Below are positions 44,996-55,806 of a stretch of 64,000 nt of DNA, piece after piece. The notes beneath the pieces are model-generated. The model did no database searches and was not told the origin of the DNA. It was given only the letters and a program-made list of their open reading frames with translations. The position numbers and the translations under genes were made by a program. How positions within the stretch are numbered: position 1 is the stretch's first letter; each line of letters opens with the position of its first letter. The stretch comes from Candidatus Moraniibacteriota bacterium. Lineage in GTDB: Bacteria; Patescibacteriota; Minisyncoccia; Moranbacterales; UBA9337. Where the stretch lies: positions 161,163 to 225,162 of the forward strand of contig JALSQF010000010.1 in assembly GCA_026985555.1 (NCBI GenBank). The letters run 5' to 3'.

Positions 44996-46858
44996 TTAAT
45001 TATTTTCCTTTACTTGTTTAATAAGATTTCTAATTTTATTTGTATCTAAAGATAATTTTTTCTTTTTTTTAATACTTTTGGGGGCAATATGTTGAATTTG
45101 ATTAAGCGAAATCGGTTTATCTTTTGAAGTATATACTTGCATTTCTACTTCCTTTTTCTTTTTTAAATCAGATGGCTGGCTATTAAATTTCTTTTCAGAT
45201 TCCTGTTGTTCCCGTTTCTTTTTTTGAATATTTTTTTTATAAGTTAGCTCTCTTTGATATTCTTTTAAACAATCTTTACAAAAAGTAGGCCGTTTTCCAT
45301 CAGGCTTAAAAGGAACTTCAATTTTAATACCACAAGAATCACATACTGCGGGATATTTTTCTTTCTTATCATTGTCTTGTTGTAAATTATCTTTTTGAGA
45401 AGTATTTTTTGCTACTTTTTGTTGTTTATTCTTTAAATTTTCTTTTGACTTTATATTTTTTTTATTCTGAGTAGTATTGTCTTCGTCATTCTTATCCTTT
45501 TTTTCTTTCTGTGAAACTACGTTTTGTTCTTGTGCTTTTTGATGATTTTTATTAGATAATTGCTTATCTTTTTTTTGCTTATTTAAAACTCCACTCCAAC
45601 GAGCAATTTTATCTTCCACTTCATCTTTACTACTGGCATAACGTTCACGTGAAATTCTAATAATTTTTTCTTCATTTCCTTCTGTTTTGGTTAAATCTAC
45701 CGGTGGCAAGGTTACAGCAGAAAAGGCATCTCCTGCTATTCCATCTATCATTAACTTTAAATAAATATGATATTTAGGCAAATTAACTAGATCGTTTTCA
45801 GTAAAAACTGGAGCAAATTCTTTTTCAAGAAATTCAGCATCGCTAGCACCCACACGAAAAGAAATAATTGTTCCAGCATTTCCAAAAATAGAATCCCTCA
45901 CGGTCTCATCTAATTGAGAAATGTATTGATTAGCTAAAATCAAATTCAATCTATATTTGCGTGCCTCTGATAAAATTCCTGCAAATGATTCAGTAGCGAA
46001 ATTTTGAAATTCATCTACATAAAGATAAAAATCTTTTCGCTCATCTTCTTCAATATCAACTCGTCCCATCGCTGCTAATTGAATTTTAGTAATCATCATT
46101 GCTCCTAATAAAGCACTCGCGTCTTCCCCTATTCTGCCTTTAGATAAATTCATAATTAATATTTTTTCACTATCCATAGCTTTTCTTACATCAAAAGAAG
46201 ACTTTGTTTGACCAACTATATTTCTAATTAAAGAACTAGAAATAAATTGTCCTACTTTGTTTTGAATAGGTGAAATCACTTCTTGCAATACTCGTTCATT
46301 CCATTTACTAAATTCATCCACCCAAAAAGCTTTCACCACCGGATCTTTCACTTTTTCAATTACTCTTTGACGATATTTTTTATCTGTTAAAATACGCGTT
46401 ACACCTAATAATGTAGAACCAGGATATTCCAACAGAGCTAAAATAGCATTACGTAATATATATTCCAAACGTGGTCCCCATGAATCAGCCCAAATTTTTT
46501 TAAAAACACCTACTAATCCTGAAGCTACTAGATGCCTATATTTAGGATCAACTTTTTCCATCACGTTAAAAGCAATAGGATAATCCTGATCAGCAGGATT
46601 AAAATAAATAACATCATTAATTCTATGTGACGGAATAGCTTTAATTAATTTTTCTGCCGTATCACCATGAGGATCAATGTAACAAGCCCCTTTTCCATTA
46701 TGAATATCTTGAATTATCATATTTTCTAAAAGATTAGTTTTTCCCATTCCCGTTTTCCCAATCGCATAAATATGCCTTCTTCTATCATCGGTTTTAATTC
46801 CAAAGGTTACTTCTTGATTGCGAAAATTAGTTTTAGCAAAAAAATTAATTTCACTCAT
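44996..46858 (-). CDS. Soluble TraG/TraD/VirD4-like (AAA_10 + TraG-D_C) P-loop ATPase with Lys-rich linker and C-terminal CxxC...CxxC zinc ribbon
   Basis: 620 aa: Walker A IGKTGMGKTN, YIDPHGD, Walker-B-like LYVDEFQNF, ANQ. There is no N-terminal TM segment, unlike canonical coupling proteins. The C-terminus is CDSCGIKIEVPFKPDGKRPTFCKDCL. Confidence 0.65.
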   Translation of the reverse strand: MSEINFFAKTNFRNQEVTFGIKTDDRRRHIYAIGKTGMGKTNLLENMIIQDIHNGKGACYIDPHGDTAEKLIKAIPSHRINDVIYFNPADQDYPIAFNVMEKVDPKYRHLVASGLVGVFKKIWADSWGPRLEYILRNAILALLEYPGSTLLGVTRILTDKKYRQRVIEKVKDPVVKAFWVDEFSKWNERVLQEVISPIQNKVGQFISSSLIRNIVGQTKSSFDVRKAMDSEKILIMNLSKGRIGEDASALLGAMMITKIQLAAMGRVDIEEDERKDFYLYVDEFQNFATESFAGILSEARKYRLNLILANQYISQLDETVRDSIFGNAGTIISFRVGASDAEFLEKEFAPVFTENDLVNLPKYHIYLKLMIDGIAGDAFSAVTLPPVDLTKTEGNEEKIIRISRERYASSKDEVEDKIARWSGVLNKQKKDKQLSNKNHQKAQEQNVVSQKEKKDKNDEDNTTQNKKNIKSKENLKNKQQKVAKNTSQKDNLQQDNDKKEKYPAVCDSCGIKIEVPFKPDGKRPTFCKDCLKEYQRELTYKKNIQKKKREQQESEKKFNSQPSDLKKKKEVEMQVYTSKDKPISLNQIQHIAPKSIKKKKKLSLDTNKIRNLIKQVKENN

Positions 46859-46915
46859 AAATTTAAAATTTGAAAAGTTAAAAAATAGTGATTAAAACTT
46901 TCATTATAAATTAAG

Positions 46916-48193
46916 TTACGAAACGGGAAGATTAACTGGAGCGCCTCCTTTTTTACTCTCCACCTTACGCAAAGAAGGTGCCACCACTGACATATCTGGA
47001 AAATGAAAAAGCGTGGCTAATTCTTCAGTGTTTAATATAAATCTAACACTATAACGTTGATTGCTCCTACTACGATAACGATTAAAAATTCTTCTTTGAC
47101 GATATAACATTCTTTGTTCCTTCATTAAATAATTAGCATAAGTTTTTGATTCATCGTTGGGCTTAAAGCCATTTAAATTTTGATCCTGAAATTGCTTTAA
47201 CGCTCCCATAAAATTAGTTACATTACTTTTGTCAAAATTTTCTTTTTTTCCTACATAAACAAATCTCATTTTAGTCTTAAAAACATTTTTTCCTATCATA
47301 CTTTCTACTGCTTTAACAACTTCTTTTTCTCCCGGTGTCATTTTAAATTCTAAAGGAACATCATCTTTTGCTTCTTTTTTGCTAGACATTTCTTCTATTT
47401 TTTCCGGAGACAATATACCTGTAAAAATTCCTTTTACAATATCAGATAAATCTTCTTTTAGCTGAGTTAAAGTATTTTTAGGTTTAGTTTTTCTTCCTGT
47501 AATTTCCTCTACCAATTCACGTCCTGTATTACTCCAAGTTTCTTTTTCTGGAGCAATAATAATTTGAAACCAAATTTTTTGTCCATATTCTAATTTACTA
47601 ATACCCTCAATTATAGAAGCTAAAGGATCAATCATTGTTCCGGTTATATCTTCTTCAAAATAACGATAAGTAACTATAGGATAAGGATCTGGCTTAACTA
47701 ATTCCATTTCTGTTCCCCAAATGTCCCACTCTTTATCTGGAATAGTTTTAGGAACATCTTTTACATAATCATTTACTTCTCTAATTTCTGCGCTTGGATA
47801 ATGAGCATAAATATTAGATTCTATTAAATTACGAAAATTTTTAGGAGTACGAATATAAAAATGTGCTATTCCACTGTCTCCCACGATTTCCAAACTAAAA
47901 CTAGGATTAAATTTCCCCAAAGCTAATTCATCAAAAGCATTGTGTGTTATAGCTGTAGCATGAATTCCATTGTATAATGCTTCCATTGGGCGAGGGCTTT
48001 TTTCTATATCAGCAGGAGGGATTATTTCTAACAAAATATATTCCAATGTTCCATAAAATTCATCTTGAGCAAAGTTCATCCACATTGGTTTAAAAGCAGA
48101 ATAAAGACCCACTGGTAAAACAACAAACCAAATTTTTTCAAAAATTTGAAGTATTATTGATAATGATCCAACAATATCTCCCCAAAAATTCAT
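46916..48193 (-). CDS. Membrane protein partner of the ATPase (425 aa), N-terminal TM helices plus a large soluble domain
   Basis: Hydrophobic N-terminus (LSIILQIFEKIWFVVLPVGLY); Arg-rich C-terminal tail; immediately upstream and co-directional with the ATPase. Confidence 0.45.
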   Translation of the reverse strand: MNFWGDIVGSLSIILQIFEKIWFVVLPVGLYSAFKPMWMNFAQDEFYGTLEYILLEIIPPADIEKSPRPMEALYNGIHATAITHNAFDELALGKFNPSFSLEIVGDSGIAHFYIRTPKNFRNLIESNIYAHYPSAEIREVNDYVKDVPKTIPDKEWDIWGTEMELVKPDPYPIVTYRYFEEDITGTMIDPLASIIEGISKLEYGQKIWFQIIIAPEKETWSNTGRELVEEITGRKTKPKNTLTQLKEDLSDIVKGIFTGILSPEKIEEMSSKKEAKDDVPLEFKMTPGEKEVVKAVESMIGKNVFKTKMRFVYVGKKENFDKSNVTNFMGALKQFQDQNLNGFKPNDESKTYANYLMKEQRMLYRQRRIFNRYRSRSNQRYSVRFILNTEELATLFHFPDMSVVAPSLRKVESKKGGAPVNLPVS

Positions 48194-48252
48194 TTATTTT
48201 ATTTTTATTCTTTAAACTTTAAATTAATTTCACTTAATTTCTTCTTATATTC

Positions 48253-49383
48253 TTATTGTTTTATTGCTTTTCTTCTTAATAGATAATAACCTTGTTTATT
48301 TTTTGTATTAAAATAATTGCTTAAATTAATATTAATGGTACTAACTTTAACTTGCTTTTGGCTTAAAACTTTTTTTATAATTTCTTCACGAGAAAGAGGT
48401 TGATTAGTTTTTTTTAACACATCTTCTATAATATCTTTTACTGTTCCTTCTTTATATCCCCATTCCGTTAATGCATAAATTCCCCTTCCTATTAAAACAA
48501 ACCTTTTATCTTTAATTAATTCATTATGTACTGTTTGAGGATGACTTTTTCCTTTATTTTTATTTAAACCACTTTTATCAATTAAATTAGCTATTTCTTT
48601 AAAATGGCTAGGGTTATTGTTCTTTTTTAAAACTAGATAAGCCTTTTGTCTTATATTTTTAGGATTAACTTCTTCCCAATTATACAAACCCCAGTCACCA
48701 AAAACATTTTGCTTTATTCTACGAGAAACTTTTAAAAAATTAAATATTTTTTGATTATTTAAATTATTTTTTTCTAATAATCTTTTATTGTTTAATAATA
48801 TTTTCTCATAAGATACTACGGTTCTTTCAGCTTTAAAAAACTTTACTAAAGAATTTTCTACATATTCCCAAAGAGAAAAATCAAAACTAGATTCAATTAA
48901 AGTATCTTTTTCTACCTTATGATTTTTCAATGGAATAATGTCCGTAGAACAACTTAAAAGCAAATCAAAAACATTTTTCCCTCTTTCTCTTTCATTTTCA
49001 GTAAATATTTCTTTCAGTAAATCTTTTTGTCTTATTATACCACTATTTTGAGAAAGTGTAAATCTTAATATTTGATAAACCTTCTTTACTCTAGCTATTT
49101 TTTCTCCTCTATTTTTCTCAATAATTTGTCGTAAAATATTTTGAATAATTTGTCTTACTCGTTCTCTAGTTATATTATTTTTTTTTCCTATTTCAGCTAA
49201 TGTCTGAGGATATTTCGCGTTTATTCCAAAACGTTCTCTAATAATATCTTGTGAACGTTTAGGAAAAACTTCTAACAAATCATCTACTGCTTGAGAAAAA
49301 AAAGACAAAGGAATGGTTTGCTTTCCTTTCTTATTTTTCTTAATATCAATTACTTTTTTATTATACTTATCTTTATTACTCAT
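48253..49383 (-). CDS. DNA-binding protein with sigma-70 region-4-type HTH and a C-terminal domain of unknown function (376 aa)
   Basis: TLAEIGKKNNITRERVRQIIQNILRQI is a near-consensus sigma70 region 4.2 HTH. A candidate promoter TTGACA-17-TACTAT lies at ~49463-49492 (minus strand). Confidence 0.55.
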   Translation of the reverse strand: MSNKDKYNKKVIDIKKNKKGKQTIPLSFFSQAVDDLLEVFPKRSQDIIRERFGINAKYPQTLAEIGKKNNITRERVRQIIQNILRQIIEKNRGEKIARVKKVYQILRFTLSQNSGIIRQKDLLKEIFTENERERGKNVFDLLLSCSTDIIPLKNHKVEKDTLIESSFDFSLWEYVENSLVKFFKAERTVVSYEKILLNNKRLLEKNNLNNQKIFNFLKVSRRIKQNVFGDWGLYNWEEVNPKNIRQKAYLVLKKNNNPSHFKEIANLIDKSGLNKNKGKSHPQTVHNELIKDKRFVLIGRGIYALTEWGYKEGTVKDIIEDVLKKTNQPLSREEIIKKVLSQKQVKVSTININLSNYFNTKNKQGYYLLRRKAIKQ

Positions 49384-49679
49384 ATTTATTAAATAATATC
49401 TTTTTTAATTTTTAAATTTAAAATACTTTTAAAATAAGTTAATTTAAAAACCATAACATTAAATAGTAACAAGTTATTATATTTTTGTCAAGTTTTACAC
49501 GATGACCACTGTATAAATAGTTGTGCTAAGTTTTTAAATTAGTTTCTTAAAACTCAACTGTAGCACCAGATAATACTAAATATATTTAATTAATTGGAGA
49601 AAAATTTAGATTTTAAAAAATAACTAATAAAGTGCTACAATAGTTATAATTAAAACTATAATTAATAAAGTATCAAGTT

Positions 49680-51005
49680 ATGATTATTTTAATCCCTTTT
49701 CTTCTTTTTTTGTTTTTTATATTTCTTTGGTTGTTTTTCAAAAAAACACCAACTAATGCTAATAGAAAATATCTATTGATTTATAATATTGGCAGTATTT
49801 TTCTGGCTATATTGCTTTCTATTCTTTTTGCCTTTATTCAATACAAAGCAACTTTAAATACTAGGGATTTTGGCTGGGCGCCTTTTATTGCCATAATAAG
49901 TTTAGCTTCTGCGTTTGCATTGGGCCTTTTTATCGCTTTTCTAATCCGCAATTTATTATTTAGCCAGAAAAAGTTAATTAGATATTGTACAATAATATGT
50001 ATCAGTCTTTTCATTGTAATAACCTCTTCTATTTTTAGAGTAGATTTATTTAATCATAAAAACAATTACGGTTTAAAGAAAGAAATAATAAGGTTAGAAA
50101 AAGCGGAAGGGTGGAAACTAGTTTATAGTAATGGAACTAACTTATACAACCTTTCAATAAACGGAAAATCAAGATCTATATTAAATCAAAAATCTAATAA
50201 ATATTCTTCTGAAACACATCCCTCTTTATCACCCGATGGAACCAAAATAGCATTTGTTGCTGATTGTGAAGAAAAAGGGACAATACGAATACAAAGTTGT
50301 GTGATTCTAAGTTCGTTGGACGGTAATTATCAAAAGGAAATTGCAAAAAGCAGTGGCATAAAAAATATTCTTTGGTCTCCTGATGGCAATAAAATAGCTT
50401 TTCTAAATAGCCTATCAGATAAAAAGTGGAGATTCATATTATAAATTTGAAGAATAGTAACATCACAACAGTCACGGAAAAAACAGCCGAATATACAACT
50501 TTTTCTTGGTCTCCCGATAGCAATAAAATCGTTTTTACTTCAAAGGACGAATTTATTTGCACAATAAATATAAAAGAGAATAAGTTTCAAAAAATAACTA
50601 AAGGTGATTATCCTTCCTGGTCTCCTGATAGTCTAATTCTATATAGAAAATATGAAGGCAATAAAGTATCTTGGCCAAAACAACTCAATGGTGGTGAATA
50701 TGAAACTTATTATGCAAAAGGAGGAAAATATTATACTATTAAAACAGACGGAACTAATAAAGAACTTTTTTTGATATTAAAAAAGAATTAAAAAGTATTT
50801 CTGATTTTTTAACCAATCCCACGCAAGCCGATCTAATGATATAGTCACCTGATGGCAAATTTGTCATTTTTACACGCAGTTATGTTAATTTTCCTTCCTA
50901 TGAAGACAGGGTTTATGTCATAGAAGTTAAAATCAAACACATAATTAAAATTGCCACCACGCCTTCAATGATAAAATCTATATCTTGGATAGCAACAAAA
51001 TTATA
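49680..51005 (+). pseudogene. TolB-like (PD40 beta-propeller) membrane-anchored protein broken into at least 3 pieces by a frameshift and an in-frame stop
   Basis: ORFs 49680-50444 and 50426-50791 overlap out of frame at an A5 run (gataaaaagtggag; one extra A fuses them to ...SDKKVEIHIINLK...). Further in-frame sequence (DIKKELKSISDFLTNPTQADLMI-TAG-SPDGKFVIFTRSYVNFPSYEDRVYVIEVK...) runs to ~51005. Repeated SWSPDGNKIAF / SWSPDSNKIVF / SPDGKFVIF PD40 motifs. Confidence 0.6.
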
Positions 51006-51065
51006 AATTTTAGAGTATTTGCGAAATAAATATTATAATAATTTAATTACTAATAATAAAAAGTA

Positions 51066-51395
51066 ATGGATAATATAATTATTCCTACATTAATCCTGTT
51101 GATAGCAGTTGTTCTGTATGAAAAAATTTTTCAGCTCTTTTGTCAAAAAAAACAAATAAGCGCTTTCCTAACCACGTTATTTGCTCCACCTATTATAAGT
51201 ATTATTATTAATTATTTTTTCTATTACAAGCACACTTCAAATGTATTAGTCAAACCATGGGTTCTTATTCAATTCGCAATAGGAAATTTTAGTGTTTTTT
51301 GGTATTTAATAAGCCTAGCGACATTCATTTCTGCAGTTATATTTTGTTATTTTAAAGAAAAAATTGAGAAACAAGAAAAAAGAAATAACAAATAG
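51066..51395 (+). CDS. Small membrane protein (109 aa)
   Basis: 3 predicted TM helices; no family. Confidence 0.35.
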   Translation: MDNIIIPTLILLIAVVLYEKIFQLFCQKKQISAFLTTLFAPPIISIIINYFFYYKHTSNVLVKPWVLIQFAIGNFSVFWYLISLATFISAVIFCYFKEKIEKQEKRNNK

Positions 51396-51588
51396 CTTTT
51401 TGATTCTTTAAATTTGACCAAAATTAAGCGTTGCAATTACATTTTAATATTTAAAATTTTTTAAAAAATTAATCATTAACAATATAAAACAATACATGTA
51501 AATATTCCTTTGCTATCTATTCTAATAGCAATCATTTTATCTCTAATAATTATTTTTCTCGTTTGCCAAAAAAGAAAAAAAGAATGCT

Positions 51589-51849
51589 TTGCTGACCACA
51601 CTTTCTTTCTGTTTACTCACTTATTCCCTAACTACATTTATTGAATTACCTCGGTGGTATAAAATAATAGATCTAATTAATTTAATAGTAAATGTAATAC
51701 CGAATATGGTTTTATTTATATTGTTAAAATTAAATCTAATAGACACATATTGGTTTTCTACTTCAATTATTTTTATTGTTGAAATAGTATGGTGTTATTT
51801 TTTGGCAAGCTTAATAATAACTGTAAAACAAAAATTTTTTAAATATTAA
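51589..51849 (+). CDS. Small membrane protein (86 aa)
   Basis: 2-3 TM helices; no family. Confidence 0.3.
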   Translation: MLTTLSFCLLTYSLTTFIELPRWYKIIDLINLIVNVIPNMVLFILLKLNLIDTYWFSTSIIFIVEIVWCYFLASLIITVKQKFFKY

Positions 51850-51872
51850 AAAAACAGCTAATAAACAAAAGT

Positions 51873-52169
51873 ATGAAAATAAAAGATTTTTTTAAACCGA
51901 CAAAATGGAAAATTATTATATTTTTGATTTTATTTATCATTATCTACCTAATTCCGTATATTAAAATTGAAATAAATCCAAATATAGTTAGTATGGTAGC
52001 ATCAGGTAGATACTCAATAATTTTTGGATTTATGATTTCATTAGCAAGTATTTTGTCTGGCACATTTATTTTAAATGACATTCTTGTTTTTGCCAGTTTT
52101 ATAGTTTCATTCATTTTTGTTTATATGCTGTCATGTTCAGTGGTTTGTTTGATTCATAAAAAATTTTAA
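51873..52169 (+). CDS. Small membrane protein (98 aa)
   Basis: 3 TM helices; no family. Confidence 0.3.
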   Translation: MKIKDFFKPTKWKIIIFLILFIIIYLIPYIKIEINPNIVSMVASGRYSIIFGFMISLASILSGTFILNDILVFASFIVSFIFVYMLSCSVVCLIHKKF

Positions 52170-52965
52170 GATAACAAAACGAAAAAACTATTTTTGTTTC
52201 TATTTCAATTTTATTTTCATATTTGCTGTTTCCTTATAACCATATAATAAAATAAAGAGAAAAAAACAAATACTATAATTTACATATAACTGTTTCCTTA
52301 TATGGTTATAAGAAAACAGTTAGAATTTGTTCATATTTACTAATTACTGTGTCAATTTATAGCACGTATCAATATAATTTTTTTATTATTATTTCAAAAA
52401 GTTTACACTACAATTTTTTATTTAATTTTCTCAGATGAGATTATTAATCCATTTCTCGTTGTCTTTCTTATAGCTAGACATTTTTATTATCATTCTATAC
52501 TATATGTATAATATAATAATAAAAAATTAACTGAAAATACAAAAATGAGTGATTATAAAAAATCAATTCAAAAACCAATAATTGAAGCTATGGGAGGAAT
52601 TCATATTGGCAGAAGCTTTATGAAATCTTTCCAAGCTAGCTGGCCATTTGGTAAAATTGAAGTATATCAAGATTATATCTATGGGAGCTTATAAAAATAT
52701 ACCCAAAGAAATGAAATTAAGCTATAGTGATATTAGTGGTTATAAAGAAAAAGATCTTTGGATTATGGGATAGGTTTAACAATAATTCATACCAATAAAC
52801 AACTGGCTCTTTTTTTGCAAGTTTGGATTTCAAAAAGTAAAGCTAAAAAAATTATAAACTATTTCAAAAGTAAAAATATTTATAAAAAAAATTAGTTTTA
52901 GAACTCACATTTTTTTAGATTAAATAAATAAAAAAATAACAAATAATAATTTTAATTTATAAATT

Positions 52966-54030
52966 ATGAAAAAAATTACTTTTCTCGCGCTTTTTTTAGG
53001 AATAATTATTTTGGCTGGTTGCGCATCAAAACCTCAAAATACACCACCTAAAAAACAAGAAGTCGTCAATTGCGATGAAAATTACGAATGTTTATATCAA
53101 CAACTATCTAACAAGCATTCTGCTAAAATGGTTATTACTGAAAAAATAAAATCTCTTTCACTAATTGAAAAAAGCGAAATTAAAGTTCAGCCTCTTAATA
53201 ATCAATACCAAATTGCGTTTCAAATTATTGATTTAAAAAAAATCAAAAAAGATAAACCTCAAACAAAATCAATCGTCGGATCTCTTGCTAAAACTTGTCC
53301 TCAAATTTTAAATAACTTAGATAAAATTAAATCCAAACAAGCTACTTGTGTTACTAATACCGCATTAGAAGCTAAACAACTCGCCCTTGATGGTTTATCT
53401 GATAAATCAATTAAAAAATATAATTGCGCTGGAGATTTAATCAACACTATTAATCAAATTTGTGTTACTTCTAATTCTTCCATCTTTCCTCCCGGTGTAA
53501 AAAAACCAGCTATTTATCTTTATCCAGAAAAAAAATCGCAGATTGAAATTCATTTAAATATAAATGGTTTTATTACTAAGGCTAAACCTAATTATTTATT
53601 GGGATGGAAGGTCTTAGCGCAACCTAACGGATTAATTAACAATAAGTATGATTATTTATTTTATGAAGCTCATTTAAATAAACTTGAACTACCTCAAAAT
53701 GGTTGGATAGTAAAATATTCTGATTTAAATCAATGGTTTGATGAAAACTTGCCTCTTTTGGGATTAAACCAAAAAGAAACTGCTCAATTTAAAGAATATT
53801 GGACTAAACAATTAACCAAGACCAATTATTATGAAATTAAACTTCTTGAAAAAGAATTTTTAGATAAAAATATGAAACTAACTATTAACCCCCAACCAAC
53901 TACTCTCATAAGATTAAACTTTTACTTTAAACCTCTTTCACAAAAAATTAAATTAGAAAAACCACAGATTGAAACTCCACAAAGAAAAGGTTTTACCGCT
54001 GTTGAATGGGGAGGATTGCTAGATAATTAA
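52966..54030 (+). CDS. Lipoprotein (354 aa), unknown function
   Basis: Signal peptide with lipobox LAGC (MKKITFLALFLGIIILAGCAS); no recognisable domain. Confidence 0.55.
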   Translation: MKKITFLALFLGIIILAGCASKPQNTPPKKQEVVNCDENYECLYQQLSNKHSAKMVITEKIKSLSLIEKSEIKVQPLNNQYQIAFQIIDLKKIKKDKPQTKSIVGSLAKTCPQILNNLDKIKSKQATCVTNTALEAKQLALDGLSDKSIKKYNCAGDLINTINQICVTSNSSIFPPGVKKPAIYLYPEKKSQIEIHLNINGFITKAKPNYLLGWKVLAQPNGLINNKYDYLFYEAHLNKLELPQNGWIVKYSDLNQWFDENLPLLGLNQKETAQFKEYWTKQLTKTNYYEIKLLEKEFLDKNMKLTINPQPTTLIRLNFYFKPLSQKIKLEKPQIETPQRKGFTAVEWGGLLDN

Positions 54031-54205
54031 AAAATCTCAGAAAAATATCTGAATATTTTTCTATATCTTGTTATTTATCTAATTGTTTACTTTATATAAT
54101 ATTATCTTCTATTATTTTTCATTTAAACTCTATTCTTAACGACCACATTAAAGGGGTCATTAAAGGGGTCATTAATAATTTTAAAATATATACTTTCCAA
54201 ATTAA

Positions 54206-54242
54206 AACACGTTATTTTGTTTTAAAAACAAAATAACGTGTT
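54206..54242. terminator. Perfect 18-bp palindrome aacacgttattttgtttt/aaaacaaaataacgtgtt downstream of the lipoprotein gene (terminator-like)
   Basis: Self-complementary over 36 nt; preceded by an adjacent tandem repeat cattaaaggggt x2 (54146-54169). Confidence 0.45.
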
Positions 54243-54546
54243 CATTTCTCTGATTATTTTTTTCTTAAATCTTCCACTTTAAAAATATTTTGAGATCTAA
54301 GGTAGTTTAAGATCTCAGGAAAACGAGATAAAGTACTTAATTATTTATCTTATAAAAATAAATTTACTTTGTCAACAAAAACAATATAATATAAATAATT
54401 TGAAAAAATTTTATTCATTTAAAAAATTAAGAAAAATTGAAACAAAAAATAATAAAAAAACCACATTCTATTTCTTATTAAATTATTTTACTTGTTTATT
54501 TTGAATATTTTTGATATTTTTAAAAAAATAAATAATTATAAATTAT

Positions 54547-55728
54547 ATGAGTTTTTTAATTATTCGTTATTCAGAAATAGCTTTAAAAGGAAAAAATCGC
54601 CATTGGTTTGAAAAAATTTTAGTAGAAAATATTAAGAAAAAATTAAAAGAAAAAATCTCAGTTGATTTTACAATAGAGAGAATTTCAGGGAGAATTTTTT
54701 TATCAATCACCAGTTTAAAAAATGAAGAAAAAGAAAAAATTAATCAAATCTTACAAAATATTTTCGGTATAACTAATTTTTCTTGGGTAGAAAAAGCTAG
54801 TCTAGATATAGAAAATATTTCTTATCAATGTTGGAAACTAATAAAAAGAAAACGATTTAATACTTTTCGTATAACTACTCAACGATCTAATAAAAAATTT
54901 TTTCTTACTTCGGAAAAAATTAATCAACAAGTGGGTGCTTTCATTTTTCAAAAAATAATTGAGAAAGGAAAAAAACCTCAAGTTCGCTTAAAAAATCCTG
55001 ATTTAGAATGCTTTATAGAAATTAATGACAAAAATTCTTTTGTTTATCTTCAAAAAATAAAAGGAATAAAAGGATTACCCGTGGGTAGCAGTGGAAAAGC
55101 TTTAGCTTTACTTTCTGGCGGCATTGATTCCCCCGTAGCAAGTTATTATGCTTTGAAACGCGGAGTGCATACTGATTATATTCACTTTCACGCTCTCCCC
55201 TACACCAAACCTGACTCCATTCAAAAAGTTATTCAACTAGCCAAAATTCTTTCTAAATTTCAAAATCAAAATAAACTTTTCCTTTTTCCTTTAGGAAAAA
55301 TTCAAAAATACATTGCAGAAAATTCTCCCGAAAAGTTTCGTTTACTTCTCTATCGTCGTCTTATGCATAGAATCACTTCTCAAATAGCACGAGAAAAAAA
55401 ATATTTAGCACTTTATACTGGAGAATCTGTAGGACAAGTAGCTTCTCAAACTTTAGAAAATTTAGCCGTTACTAATCAAGCATCTGATTTAATAATGTTA
55501 CGCCCTTTAATTGGAATGGATAAAGAAGAAATAATTAAAATTGCTCAAAAAATAGGAACTTACGAAATATCTATACTTCCCCATGAAGATCTTTGTTCTC
55601 GTTTCGTTCCTAAACATCCCGCTACTAAAGCTCACTTAAAAACTATTCAAAATATTGAAAATAAATTAAACTTACAAGATCTTATCCAAGAATCTTTAGA
55701 TAAAGTTGAAATTAAAACATTTAATTAG
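54547..55728 (+). CDS. thiI: tRNA 4-thiouridine(8) synthase ThiI
   Basis: 393 aa: LIIRYSEIALKGKNR (N-terminal ferredoxin-like/THUMP) and the PP-loop ALALLSGGIDSPVASY. Confidence 0.9.
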   Translation: MSFLIIRYSEIALKGKNRHWFEKILVENIKKKLKEKISVDFTIERISGRIFLSITSLKNEEKEKINQILQNIFGITNFSWVEKASLDIENISYQCWKLIKRKRFNTFRITTQRSNKKFFLTSEKINQQVGAFIFQKIIEKGKKPQVRLKNPDLECFIEINDKNSFVYLQKIKGIKGLPVGSSGKALALLSGGIDSPVASYYALKRGVHTDYIHFHALPYTKPDSIQKVIQLAKILSKFQNQNKLFLFPLGKIQKYIAENSPEKFRLLLYRRLMHRITSQIAREKKYLALYTGESVGQVASQTLENLAVTNQASDLIMLRPLIGMDKEEIIKIAQKIGTYEISILPHEDLCSRFVPKHPATKAHLKTIQNIENKLNLQDLIQESLDKVEIKTFN

Positions 55729-55806
55729 ATTTAATTAGATATTAATTAAGCTTAAATTAAAAAAGCCACAATTTAAAATAAAATAAATTGTGGCTAAATA
55801 AATTAT

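Noticed and set aside
54146-54175. CRISPR-like or tandem repeat cattaaaggggt
   Set aside because: Only two and a half adjacent copies with no spacers. No other repeat-spacer arrays were found in the window.
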